Below are positions 10,776-19,176 of a stretch of DNA of 64,000 nucleotides, piece by piece. Location of the stretch: contig OZ252100.1 in NCBI GenBank assembly GCA_965248435.1, positions 1,920,001-1,984,000 of the forward strand, written 5' to 3'. This stretch comes from Candidatus Latescibacterota bacterium. Lineage in GTDB: Bacteria; Latescibacterota; UBA2968; GCA-2709665. A program made the translations under genes and the position numbers. How positions within the stretch are numbered: position 1 is the stretch's first letter; each line of letters starts with the position of its first letter. Under the pieces are notes generated by a model, which saw only the letters and a list, made by a program, of their open reading frames with translations, searched no databases and was not told the DNA's origin.

Positions 10776-10792
10776 TTGGTACGGCGGTTGCT
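10776..10792 (+). promoter_or_regulatory. sigma54 (-24/-12) promoter
   Basis: TTGGTACGGCGGTTGCT against consensus YTGGCACGNNNNTTGCW: one mismatch, exact GG-N10-GC spacing. Confidence 0.7.
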
Positions 10793-10802
10793 AAAATTCC
10801 AC

Positions 10803-10887
10803 CCGACTCTGAGTGGTACCGATTGGTCGAGCCCCCTCCGGTCTGTAGGAACCCATGAGGTGACCGACGCCGGAGGGGTCTTTTTAT
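10803..10887 (+). ncRNA. Candidate sigma54-dependent small RNA (~85 nt)
   Basis: Starts ~12 nt after the -12 element. Ends in a CCCCTCCGG/CCGGAGGGG stem plus TTTTT. No credible ORF. Confidence 0.5.
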
Positions 10888-10921
10888 TGCCCCTTCTGGA
10901 CCGCTTTTGACTCTCCGATTC

Positions 10922-11007
10922 TGGAGTGTTGGAGCGGTGGACGACTCGGCAGAAGCCCGGCAATGTCTTGGCTTCTGTTTCTATTCCTCCAGCTCTCCAT
11001 TACTCCG
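10922..11007. repeat. Long imperfect palindrome (REP-like hairpin)
   Basis: Outer arms GGAGTGTTGGAGCGGTGGA and TCCAGCTCTCCATTACTCC enclose an inner stem CAGAAGCC/GGCTTCTG. Confidence 0.5.
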
Positions 11008-11146
11008 ATCCCCCAGCCCTCGCGCTTCTTCTCCTCATTCCTCCAACTTCGCAGCAACTCAGCTGTCTTTCCCTACAACTCCGGATTATAAGTCCTCCTG
11101 CTGAATTGCCTTGAACTCCCCTACCCTTTGGTTTACCTTTGAAACG

Positions 11147-12424
11147 ATGTCAGACAGACTCGAGATTCAGCCTCTTCGAGGCCCCGCAGACGCCGATGTC
11201 GCCGTCCCCGGCTCAAAGAGTTACACGAATCGTGCACTCATCGTCGCGGCGCTCGCCGACGGAAAATCCCAAATCTCCGGGGCGCTTCAAAGTGAAGACA
11301 CGCACTTCATGGCCGAGGCCCTGAGAGCCCTGAACATCGACGTCCAGTCCGAAGGCCCGACATTCTCGGTTGAAGGGACCGGCGGACGCATTCCGGCTTC
11401 ACGGGGCGATCTCTTCATCGGAAACTCGGGGACAGCCGCGCGTTTTCTCACTGCAGCCCTCGGCCTTGGCCGGGGCACCTACACGTTGGATGGGGTTCCG
11501 AGGATGAGGCAGCGACCGATCCAGGACCTGATCGATGCTTTACGACCCCTCGGTGTTGAAGTCCACAGCAAAGCCGGAAACGGCTGCCCCCCCGTCGTCA
11601 TACACGCTTCAGGAATAAAGGGAGGCCAAACTTCCATCGTCGGCTCTTGGAGCAGCCAGTACCTATCCGCAATCCTCCTCGCCGCACCCTATGCCCAAAA
11701 CGATGTGGAGATTCAAGTCGAGGGAAATCTCACCTCTCGACCCTACATAGACATCACCCTGGACACCATGCAGGAATTCGGTGTCCAGGTTCGCAACGAC
11801 AGCTACGAGCAGTTCAAGGTCGTTTCCGGGCAGCATTATGCTCCAACGAGCTACGTCGTCGAACCGGATGCCTCGAACGCGTCTTACTTCTTCGCCGCTG
11901 CCGCGCTCACGGGAGGCCGCGTCAAGGTACTCGGCCTGACGGAAAGCTCTGCACAGGGCGACGTCGGATTCGTCGGTATCCTGGAGAAGATGGGATGCAC
12001 GGTTTCCCAAACCTCAGATGGCACCGAAGTCCGCGGACCTCGGGAACTTTCAGGAATAGATATCGATCTGAACCTCATGCCCGACACGGTCCCGACCCTT
12101 TGCGCAATCGCTCCCTTCGCATCAAGTCCCGTCTGCGTACGCAACGTGGCCAACCTGCGAATCAAAGAAACAGACAGGATTGCAGCCCTGTCGACTGAAT
12201 TGCAGAAACTGGGTGCACGAGTGGACGTACGACCCGATGGCCTCACCGTCCACCCTGTGGACCGAATCACCCCCACAGAGTTGGCAACTTACGACGACCA
12301 CCGGATGGCCATGAGCCTGGCGCTGGTTGGACTTGTCGCGCCTGGCATCGTGATTCGGGACCCAAGCTGTGTAGAGAAGACGTTTCCAAGCTACTTTCAG
12401 GTCCTGGGGTCCCTCCAGAATTGA
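11147..12424 (+). CDS. aroA: 3-phosphoshikimate 1-carboxyvinyltransferase (EPSP synthase)
   Basis: PGSKSYTNRAL, GNSGTAARF, RMRQRP, SSQYLSA, NLRIKETDR and DDHRMAM. Confidence 0.97.
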   Translation: MSDRLEIQPLRGPADADVAVPGSKSYTNRALIVAALADGKSQISGALQSEDTHFMAEALRALNIDVQSEGPTFSVEGTGGRIPASRGDLFIGNSGTAARFLTAALGLGRGTYTLDGVPRMRQRPIQDLIDALRPLGVEVHSKAGNGCPPVVIHASGIKGGQTSIVGSWSSQYLSAILLAAPYAQNDVEIQVEGNLTSRPYIDITLDTMQEFGVQVRNDSYEQFKVVSGQHYAPTSYVVEPDASNASYFFAAAALTGGRVKVLGLTESSAQGDVGFVGILEKMGCTVSQTSDGTEVRGPRELSGIDIDLNLMPDTVPTLCAIAPFASSPVCVRNVANLRIKETDRIAALSTELQKLGARVDVRPDGLTVHPVDRITPTELATYDDHRMAMSLALVGLVAPGIVIRDPSCVEKTFPSYFQVLGSLQN

Positions 12425-12482
12425 TTCCCATCTCTGAGCACAACTTTGTTCCGCCCAGATCAACCCCTATCACCGAAGGCCC

Positions 12483-13661
12483 GTGATGCCCACCGAAGTC
12501 CTCCTCGTAGATGACGAAACGAATATCCTCATGACCCTGGGAGAGACGCTGAGGGCCGCTGGATTCGAAATTTTCCAGGAGGAGAGTGGCGAGGCTGCCT
12601 TGGGCCGGCTCGCGATTCATAAGCCGGACCTTATGGTCGTGGACCTCCGAATGCCGGGGATGAGCGGACTGGAATTGATCAAAGCGGCCAGGAACACTGC
12701 TCCCGACACGGTTGTCATTATCTTGACGGGATACGGAGATTTGAACAGCGCCGTGGAGGCGCTTCGGCTCGATGCTTACGACTACCTGACCAAGCCGGTC
12801 GACGCGGATAGGCTGATTCAGACGCTCCGGAAGGGGGCCGAACACCGCAAGCTTACCCTTGAAAATCGTGCGCTCATTCGGAGCCTGGAAGAGGCGAACC
12901 GGATCAAATCGGAGTTCATCAGTGCCATGTCACACGAATTCCGAACTCCGCTGGGGCACATCCTGGGGTTCGTACAAATCCTCCAGGATACACTCGAAGG
13001 CCTTACTGAGAAACAGGATCGCTACCTTCAGAATATTCAGTCGGCAGCAACGAGACTCCTCACCATGTTTGAAGACATCCTCCAATTCTCTATACTCAAG
13101 AGCGGCCACGACCGGATCAGTCCGATCCGCTTCGCGCTTTCGGAGTTCCTGGAAAGGAGCCTCGAGGCCTTCAAAGGTGCGATGGAGACGAGAAACCTCA
13201 CGGTCCAACTCGCCTCACCAAAGCCGGATCGTACCATAACCGCTGACCCGGAAACCTGTCGAAAAATTCTTTCCCTGCTGATCGACAATGCGGTCAAGTT
13301 CACCCAGGAAGTGGGGCAGATTCAGATAAAGACGGAGATCCTCCCCGAACCCGCGCTGCCTGCCGGTGTGTTGGAACCTGAAATGGCCGATACGATCGCA
13401 GACGGCTGGCTCCACATCACAGTCGGCGACACCGGCCCAGGAATCTCACAGGCCGACCGCGAGCGTATCTTCAACCTGTTCGAACAGGGGCGGACAGCCA
13501 TCGGTCGATCGGAAGAGGGCACAGGCCTGGGGCTTCCCCTGGCACGCAGCCTCGCCCGCATGCACGGCGGGACGATCACGCTGGACAGCCGTCCAGGAGA
13601 GGGAAGCAACTTCACCATGATCATTCCGCTCGGGGAATCCCTGGACCCTTCCCCAACCTGA
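12483..13661 (+). CDS. Hybrid REC-HisKA-HATPase histidine kinase
   Basis: LLVDD...VDLRMPG...KP receiver, SHEFRTPL H-box, DNAVKFT, DTGPGI and GTGLGL. Confidence 0.93.
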   Translation: MMPTEVLLVDDETNILMTLGETLRAAGFEIFQEESGEAALGRLAIHKPDLMVVDLRMPGMSGLELIKAARNTAPDTVVIILTGYGDLNSAVEALRLDAYDYLTKPVDADRLIQTLRKGAEHRKLTLENRALIRSLEEANRIKSEFISAMSHEFRTPLGHILGFVQILQDTLEGLTEKQDRYLQNIQSAATRLLTMFEDILQFSILKSGHDRISPIRFALSEFLERSLEAFKGAMETRNLTVQLASPKPDRTITADPETCRKILSLLIDNAVKFTQEVGQIQIKTEILPEPALPAGVLEPEMADTIADGWLHITVGDTGPGISQADRERIFNLFEQGRTAIGRSEEGTGLGLPLARSLARMHGGTITLDSRPGEGSNFTMIIPLGESLDPSPT

Positions 13662-13675
13662 ACACCCCTCCACGA

Positions 13676-14737
13676 TCATCCACCTCTTGGTCTCAATACG
13701 ATCTTCGGATCACTGCTAGATCCCGTAATCTGGACGCTCACCGGAATCACCTCGGTCCCGAACAAGGCCCCGAACGTGCGTCCGAGACTCAAGCCCCCGA
13801 TGTTCACTTCGGAAATCGGAATTTCCGCATCTAAGACATAGTCTAGATCCCCCTGGACCCCGGTCGATCCTCTCAACCGGCACGGGATGCCCGCCGCGCG
13901 TACGTGCAGGTCATCCAGAACCATTTTCTCGCCTGTCAGTCTGAAGGAAGCGCGCAAGTCGTGTAGTGGAATCCCTCTGAAATCCACAAAACCCGCCTGC
14001 GGCACCTCCGATGCCAGCGTTTCCAGGATGTGCCAATTTGTGATCTCCCCCTCGCGCATTCGTAGCTGACCACGTACTTCCAGTCCGGTTGAGTCCGGCG
14101 ACCCGGATACGGACACAAGAACCTCCATCCGCCCAAAAATCGGCACGGCCCAATCCAGACCCTCTTCTACCACGCAGTTGACGTCCAGACTGTCGCCCTG
14201 AAATGTAGCCTGGATCGGCACGCGGCCGTTCTGATCCCCCCTGCGCCGACCGACCTCGATCTCGCCCGACAGGGCCCCACCACAAACTTCGGCCATCAAA
14301 TCCTTGACCACGATGCGCTTTTCTGTCAGCCTCGCCTTCCCCAGAACGTGGCGATAGGTCACTCCGCCAATGACCAACGCATCTACTCGCGCCGATGCAT
14401 CACCAGGCTCTCCCCGAATCATCTCCCAGGTCCCCATCGATATCTCGGCCTGCTCTGCCAGAAGGAAGGGAGCTGAACCAGGGATTTCGTCTTCCATAAT
14501 CTTGAGCTCTTGAATCGAGACCTTTACATTTGTATATACCCGAACCTGTAGCCCTGTGATTTCCACAGGTCTCTCAAAGGCCTCCTGCAACCCTCCCACA
14601 ATCCGGCCACGAGCCCAATCCAACCCGAACAGGGTCCAGAACCCGGCCAGCCCGGCGCCGAGCAAACCCACGAACACCACGAGCAGCAAGGCAGTTCTGA
14701 CGCCCTTCTGCCGAAACATCCTCCGGTTCAAGACCAA
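13676..14737 (-). CDS. AsmA-like family protein
   Basis: N-terminal TM anchor followed by RPVEITGL and a beta-rich body ending GDLDY...IPVSVQITGSSSDPKI. Confidence 0.7.
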   Translation of the reverse strand: MVLNRRMFRQKGVRTALLLVVFVGLLGAGLAGFWTLFGLDWARGRIVGGLQEAFERPVEITGLQVRVYTNVKVSIQELKIMEDEIPGSAPFLLAEQAEISMGTWEMIRGEPGDASARVDALVIGGVTYRHVLGKARLTEKRIVVKDLMAEVCGGALSGEIEVGRRRGDQNGRVPIQATFQGDSLDVNCVVEEGLDWAVPIFGRMEVLVSVSGSPDSTGLEVRGQLRMREGEITNWHILETLASEVPQAGFVDFRGIPLHDLRASFRLTGEKMVLDDLHVRAAGIPCRLRGSTGVQGDLDYVLDAEIPISEVNIGGLSLGRTFGALFGTEVIPVSVQITGSSSDPKIVLRPRGG

Positions 14738-14749
14738 GGAGATCTCCCC

Positions 14750-14779
14750 AAAAAAAAGAGCCCACCGGGCGGCGGACTC
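14750..14779 (-). terminator. Intrinsic terminator after the M48 peptidase gene
   Basis: Minus strand GAGTCCGCC-GCCC-GGTGGGCTC followed by a T8 run. Confidence 0.7.
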
Positions 14780-14782
14780 GAA

Positions 14783-15640
14783 TCAATTGCCCCGGCGTGG
14801 GGTCCGCCGCTTTCGGCCCGCTTCTCGCTTCGCAATACGGGCCTTGATGAACTGAAATCGATCAGAATCCATCTTCAAGCCGGGCTTGGCGGGCAGCTTT
14901 GCGATCCCGGCGCGGACCTTGGCGATCCGCTCCTGCGTGGCAGGATGCGTGGAGAACCAGACGCCTGCATCCTCCTGCTCCGACTCCTGTTCTGCGAGTA
15001 ATTTCTCGAAGAACGTCGCCATCCCCTCCGGATCCACCCCCGCCGAATACGTCTCCTCCACGGCAAACCGATCCGCCTCGAGCTCCGCATCGCGCCCGTA
15101 TTTCAGCAGCGTGAGTCCGGCACCCAGCTGCGCGAACTGCCCGGCCACGTCGCGCGCCACCGTCCGATCCCCGCTTCCGCCGACCGCCAGTTCGATCAGC
15201 ACCCCCAGCCCGAACCGCTTCGTAATCTGACGGGCCCCGTGTCGACCCACAACGTGACCGATCTCGTGGCCCATCACCCCCGCGAGCTCTGACTCGTTTT
15301 CCGCCGTCGTGATCAACCCCAGATTCACGTAGAGCCATCCACCCGGCACGGCGAAGGCGTTCACCTCGTCCGTATCCACCACCTTGATATGATAGGTAAT
15401 GTCCGTTCGCCGGGAGTGGCGCGCCAGCGCCTGCCCCAGGCTGTCCACGTAGCCCTGGACGATCGGATCTCGGTAGATGGGGAGAGAGCGCTCGATCTCG
15501 CGGGCGGCCTGCTCGCCGATCTCTACCTCTTGCTGGGTCGAAAGCAGGTTGAGCTGACCGAGGGCAGTGCAGGACACCCCGCCCAGGCCGGCCGCTGCGA
15601 TCAACATCGACGCGCGAAACAGCCTTGAGAATCCGTTCAT
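14783..15640 (-). CDS. M48 family metallopeptidase lipoprotein (BepA/YfgC-like)
   Basis: GVSC lipobox, VNAFAVPGG, HEIGH zinc motif, ELEAD and STHP. The ATG at 15640 overlaps the ldcA stop. Confidence 0.9.
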   Translation of the reverse strand: MNGFSRLFRASMLIAAAGLGGVSCTALGQLNLLSTQQEVEIGEQAAREIERSLPIYRDPIVQGYVDSLGQALARHSRRTDITYHIKVVDTDEVNAFAVPGGWLYVNLGLITTAENESELAGVMGHEIGHVVGRHGARQITKRFGLGVLIELAVGGSGDRTVARDVAGQFAQLGAGLTLLKYGRDAELEADRFAVEETYSAGVDPEGMATFFEKLLAEQESEQEDAGVWFSTHPATQERIAKVRAGIAKLPAKPGLKMDSDRFQFIKARIAKREAGRKRRTPRRGN

Positions 15641-16545
15641 GACGGCCTGTTCACCTTGAAGGTCATTCGACCCGCCTCCTCGACGATCACCGGAAGCCCG
15701 ACGGGCAACACGGTGCGACCCCGACCGTGACCGTATGGAAGCCCGCTGTAGACGGGGCACGGGACCGATTCGGCGAAGGCCGTGAAGACCTCCAACGGAG
15801 ATCCATCTTCCTTCGCCTCTGCATCGCATTCCTCGAACTGCCCGAAAACAACCCCCCCGACGCGATCGAATATGCCCGCCATGCGGAGCTGGAACAACAT
15901 GCGGTCCAGCCTGTAAGGGGGTTCGTTCACGTCCTCAAGGAAAAGCACAGACCCATCCAGATCCGGCAGGTAAGGCGTCCCCACCAGGGAGACCATGAGC
16001 GAAAGGCAGCCCCCTAGCAAAGGTCCTTCCACCCTTCCTGTCCTCAGCGCCCGCAGCCCCCCTACGGTAGAGTGCTGGCCTTCTGTGAGGCCATTCCAGA
16101 GGGCAGCCTCGGTCGGCTCGGCCAGTCCGTCGGAGTCCACATCCTTGCAAAGCACAACGCCTGAATAGCTCACGAGTCCCGTCCGGGCGTAGAGTCCGAG
16201 CTGAAGGGCGGTCGTGTCGCTAAATCCTACAAAAATCTTCGGATCTTCCCGGACCAGATCGTAGTCCACCAGATCGAGAAGGCGGGCAGATCCGTAGCCA
16301 CCGCGGGCGGTGAAGATGGCCCGCACCTCCCGGTCGCCCAGCATCTGATTCAGGTCCGCGGCGCGGTCTGCGTCGCTCCCGGCGAGATACCGCGTTCTCG
16401 CATATAGCGAAGCCCCCTCTCGCACCCCATAACCCCTCCGTTGGAGGTAAGAAATCCCATCCAGAAGCCGCTCACGATCGACTGGACCGGAAGGGGCAAT
16501 CACTCCCACAGTATCTCCGGGGCGCAAGAGAGGCGGAAGAATCAC
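15637..16545 (-). CDS. ldcA: LD-carboxypeptidase (peptidase S66)
   Basis: IAPSG, YLAGSDADRA, RGGYGS, GFSDTT, FLEDVNE and PYGH. Confidence 0.92.
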   Translation of the reverse strand: MILPPLLRPGDTVGVIAPSGPVDRERLLDGISYLQRRGYGVREGASLYARTRYLAGSDADRAADLNQMLGDREVRAIFTARGGYGSARLLDLVDYDLVREDPKIFVGFSDTTALQLGLYARTGLVSYSGVVLCKDVDSDGLAEPTEAALWNGLTEGQHSTVGGLRALRTGRVEGPLLGGCLSLMVSLVGTPYLPDLDGSVLFLEDVNEPPYRLDRMLFQLRMAGIFDRVGGVVFGQFEECDAEAKEDGSPLEVFTAFAESVPCPVYSGLPYGHGRGRTVLPVGLPVIVEEAGRMTFKVNRPS

Positions 16546-17957
16546 GAATCCTCCCCCGCTTCAACATGCTTTGCAGAGCGCTCTTTAAAGCGAGTTAACA
16601 GCCCGTACGCAAAAGCGGTCAATGTATCGTCTCTCGCCCCCATCACAACCACACGATCTCCGGACCGCACGATCGCTTCGAGTCTTTCCGCAATCGCTTC
16701 CCGCTCGGGAATGAATTCTGAAAAGCATCCCTGACCGGCGATCGCATCCACCAGGTCGCTGGACGAAATGTTGCGCTCTGCGGTCCCTCCGGCATAAAAG
16801 ATCTCCGGCATTATGAGCAGGTCGCCCTCGTCCAAGCCCCCCACGAACGCTTCGACCAATCCATCCCTCAGAAAAAGCGTAGGAGCGAACCCGTGGGGTT
16901 GAAAGAGGACGATCAATCTGCCCGGAACCGCCTTCAATGTGTTCAATGATGCTGCGATCTTGTCCGGATTGTGGGCAAAGTCGTCGATCACAGACACGCC
17001 GCCCGCCTACCCCAGGAACTGGAGCCGCCTTCGGATACCGCGAAATCCTGCCAGCTCGTCCGCAGCCGCGTCCAGAGAAACGCCAAGCTGGTTGGCGGCA
17101 GCAATCGCGGCCAGAGCGTTCGAAACGTTGTGTCTTCCAGCTACCTGTAGCCGACAGGACGCCCCATTCACCCGAAATCGAATTCCATTGGCCAGGGCCT
17201 CCAGTTTCGTTGCCCTCACGTCCGACCTCTCCAAACCGAACGTAACGACGTTCGGGTTCACGTCCAGCATCGTTGCCGATTCCCCGCAATCGGCGTTGAT
17301 CACCGACGCCTCCCGTGCCCGCTCGCAAAACGCACCGAAGAGGACCTTGAGCTCATTCACCGGTTTGTGATCCAGGGCAATGTTCGTCACGACGGCAACA
17401 GCGGGATCGTAGAGCTCGATCGTGCCGTCGCTTTCATCCGCCTCGATGATCACGAGGTCGGGATCTCCGCAGACTGCGTTCCCCAGGTATGGAAATGTCT
17501 GCGCGTCCAACATCATCCCCCCGTTGATCACCGTCGGATCTCTCCCCGCGCCCTTCAGTATGTGTCCTATCATCCCCGTGACCGTCGACTTCCCGCTCGT
17601 CCCACCCACCGCGACGCCATCCCTTCCGTTGAAGAGCGAAGAAAGCAGCTCTGCTCGCCTTCGGATCGTGATCCGCTTCGCAAGGGCCGACCGGACATCC
17701 AGGTTCGAATCCTCCACCGCCGTGGAGGTGACGACCTCCTCCACCTGTTCGTCCACTCCCGATCCATCCTGGGAGTACAGCCGGATCCCCTGGGCAGTCA
17801 GACGATCGTAGAGGTCCCGATTCTCACCCCGGTCTCGACTTCGGTCTGACCCCCTCACGGTATGGCCACGATGCCGCAACACTTGTGCGAGGGCGCTCAT
17901 ACCGCTCCCCCCGATTCCGCACAGAAAGAACGTTTTCCCTTTGTTTATCGTTGACAA
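16542..17957 (-). pseudogene. MurC/Mpl-like Mur ligase interrupted by an in-frame TAG (17007-17009)
   Basis: GIGGSGMS, GTSGKSTVT, EADESDG and GRHNVSNA, then RRLQFLG*AGGVSVIDDFAHNP and FQPHG in the same frame. Confidence 0.85.
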
Positions 17958-17997
17958 GGCAATTTACTCTATAAGGTGTAGATAGCAGATCGTCACA

Positions 17998-18026
17998 AGT
18001 CTAAATGCTCACCCGGGGTTTGTCAA
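17998..18026 (-). promoter_or_regulatory. sigma70-type promoter for the Mur ligase-ldcA operon
   Basis: Minus strand TTGACA-N17-TAGACT. Confidence 0.65.
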
Positions 18027-18064
18027 GCACCGGACCTTCTCAGGATCGCATCACCGGAATGCAC

Positions 18065-18091
18065 AAAAAAAACAGGACCAGAATGGTCCTG
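18065..18091 (-). terminator. Intrinsic terminator after the YjfB-like gene
   Basis: Minus strand CAGGACCA-TTC-TGGTCCTG followed by T8. Confidence 0.75.
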
Positions 18092-18122
18092 CCTCAAGAA
18101 AGGTCTTCAAACTGAAATGTGA

Positions 18123-18314
18123 TTAACCTACAAGATCCACCTCGCCCCCAAGTCCGCTCATATCAGCTGTGCCGGGCGGTGCTTGCAGCTTCATCGACAT
18201 CGCAACGCCCACCATCTTCGTCGCGAGGTCCATCTGGGCCTGGAGGGATTGTCCGAGCACCGCCTCGATCAACCCCGCCGCCATCTGATTCTGTATGGAG
18301 GCCGCATGCATCAT
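18123..18314 (-). CDS. Small YjfB-like putative motility protein
   Basis: 63 aa helical M/Q/A-rich protein ending GLGGEVDLVG. Coupled to the upstream gene and followed by a terminator. Confidence 0.55.
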   Translation of the reverse strand: MMHAASIQNQMAAGLIEAVLGQSLQAQMDLATKMVGVAMSMKLQAPPGTADMSGLGGEVDLVG

Positions 18315-18925
18315 GAAACGAGTCCTCCCGGGGATTCCCCAGCTTCATCATTCCGTCGTGCACGGATCATGTCGAGCTGAGTCTGGTGGAAATGATCCAG
18401 GAGTTCATTTACCTGAATAAAGGTCCGCTCGATGCTTTCGTCGATCGTCTCGCTTACCTCGGCGATCCCTTCCAGGAATTCCCGAGCCTTCTGAAACCCT
18501 GCATCGATCGCTCCTCGTACAACCGACAGAAGACCGCCGATCTGCTCCTCACCAAGTCCGCCTGCTTGATTTCCTCCAAAGGCCCCGAGGAAACCGGTCG
18601 CAAACGCCACGATACGGCGGGCAGCTGCCTCAGGAGATGTGTCGTTTTTCGAACCCCCTGCCTCGTCCACGCTCGCGTCGATATTTGTGTCAGAAAATGC
18701 CACCTTTAGCTGCTCCATTACCGAGTCTTTCAGAATTCCGTTCACGGCCTCGACGTTCAGCCGCCCTGACAGAGATATTTCCACGCTGTCATTCGCAGCC
18801 TGCACGCGAGTCGGCGACTCCTGTGACTTCGCCTGAGCCTTCTTTTCTTCCGCGCGGACAGCTTCGCGTTGTGCTCGGAACTGGGCAAGTAGCGCCTCGG
18901 TCCTGATGTCGTTTCGGATCGGCAT
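18311..18925 (-). CDS. DUF5610-like protein
   Basis: DSVEISLSG, DTSPEAAARRIVAFATGF and GAIDAGFQKAREFL. Confidence 0.65.
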   Translation of the reverse strand: MPIRNDIRTEALLAQFRAQREAVRAEEKKAQAKSQESPTRVQAANDSVEISLSGRLNVEAVNGILKDSVMEQLKVAFSDTNIDASVDEAGGSKNDTSPEAAARRIVAFATGFLGAFGGNQAGGLGEEQIGGLLSVVRGAIDAGFQKAREFLEGIAEVSETIDESIERTFIQVNELLDHFHQTQLDMIRARRNDEAGESPGGLVS

Positions 18926-18968
18926 AGGCCGTACCCAAGGTTTGAAATCCTTCCCCCCCTATCTAATA

Positions 18969-18995
18969 TTATCGACAGATCTTGCGGAAACTTGA
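18969..18995 (-). promoter_or_regulatory. sigma28 (FliA/SigD)-type promoter
   Basis: Minus strand TCAAGTTT-N11-GTCGATAA against consensus TAAAGTTT-N11-GCCGATAA. Confidence 0.7.
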
Positions 18996-19038
18996 GCCGA
19001 AATGCCTGCCAACACGCCGTTTTCACAAACAGCCTCTG

Positions 19039-19067
19039 TTGACACCGGATACGGGCAGTCGTATATT
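19039..19067 (+). promoter_or_regulatory. sigma70-type promoter for glyQS
   Basis: TTGACA-N17-TATATT. Confidence 0.7.
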
Positions 19068-19072
19068 CTGCC

Positions 19073-19170
19073 CGTCGGGAATGTCGACCAATGGCTGACG
19101 CAACCCCTCAAAACACAAAGGGTTCCAAGATTCAAGGTGGAACCGTGGGACGCAATCTCTTTTCCTGGAC
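19073..19170 (+). promoter_or_regulatory. Short T-box-like leader of glyQS (candidate)
   Basis: AAGG-TGGAACC-GTG at 19134-19147 matches the T-box antiterminator bulge. GGC at 19093-19095. Alternative hairpins present. No canonical Stem I. Confidence 0.4.
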
Positions 19171-19176
19171 TTTCAG

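Noticed and set aside
10519-11114. Short ORFs in the dnaE-aroA intergenic region
   Set aside because: No SD or motifs. The region is better explained by promoter, sRNA and hairpin elements.
17007-17009. Genome-wide TAG reassignment or pyrrolysine
   Set aside because: TAG ends other genes normally (mrdA at 5589, paralogue 2 at 26368, paralogue 5 at 32852) and no pyl genes are in the window.
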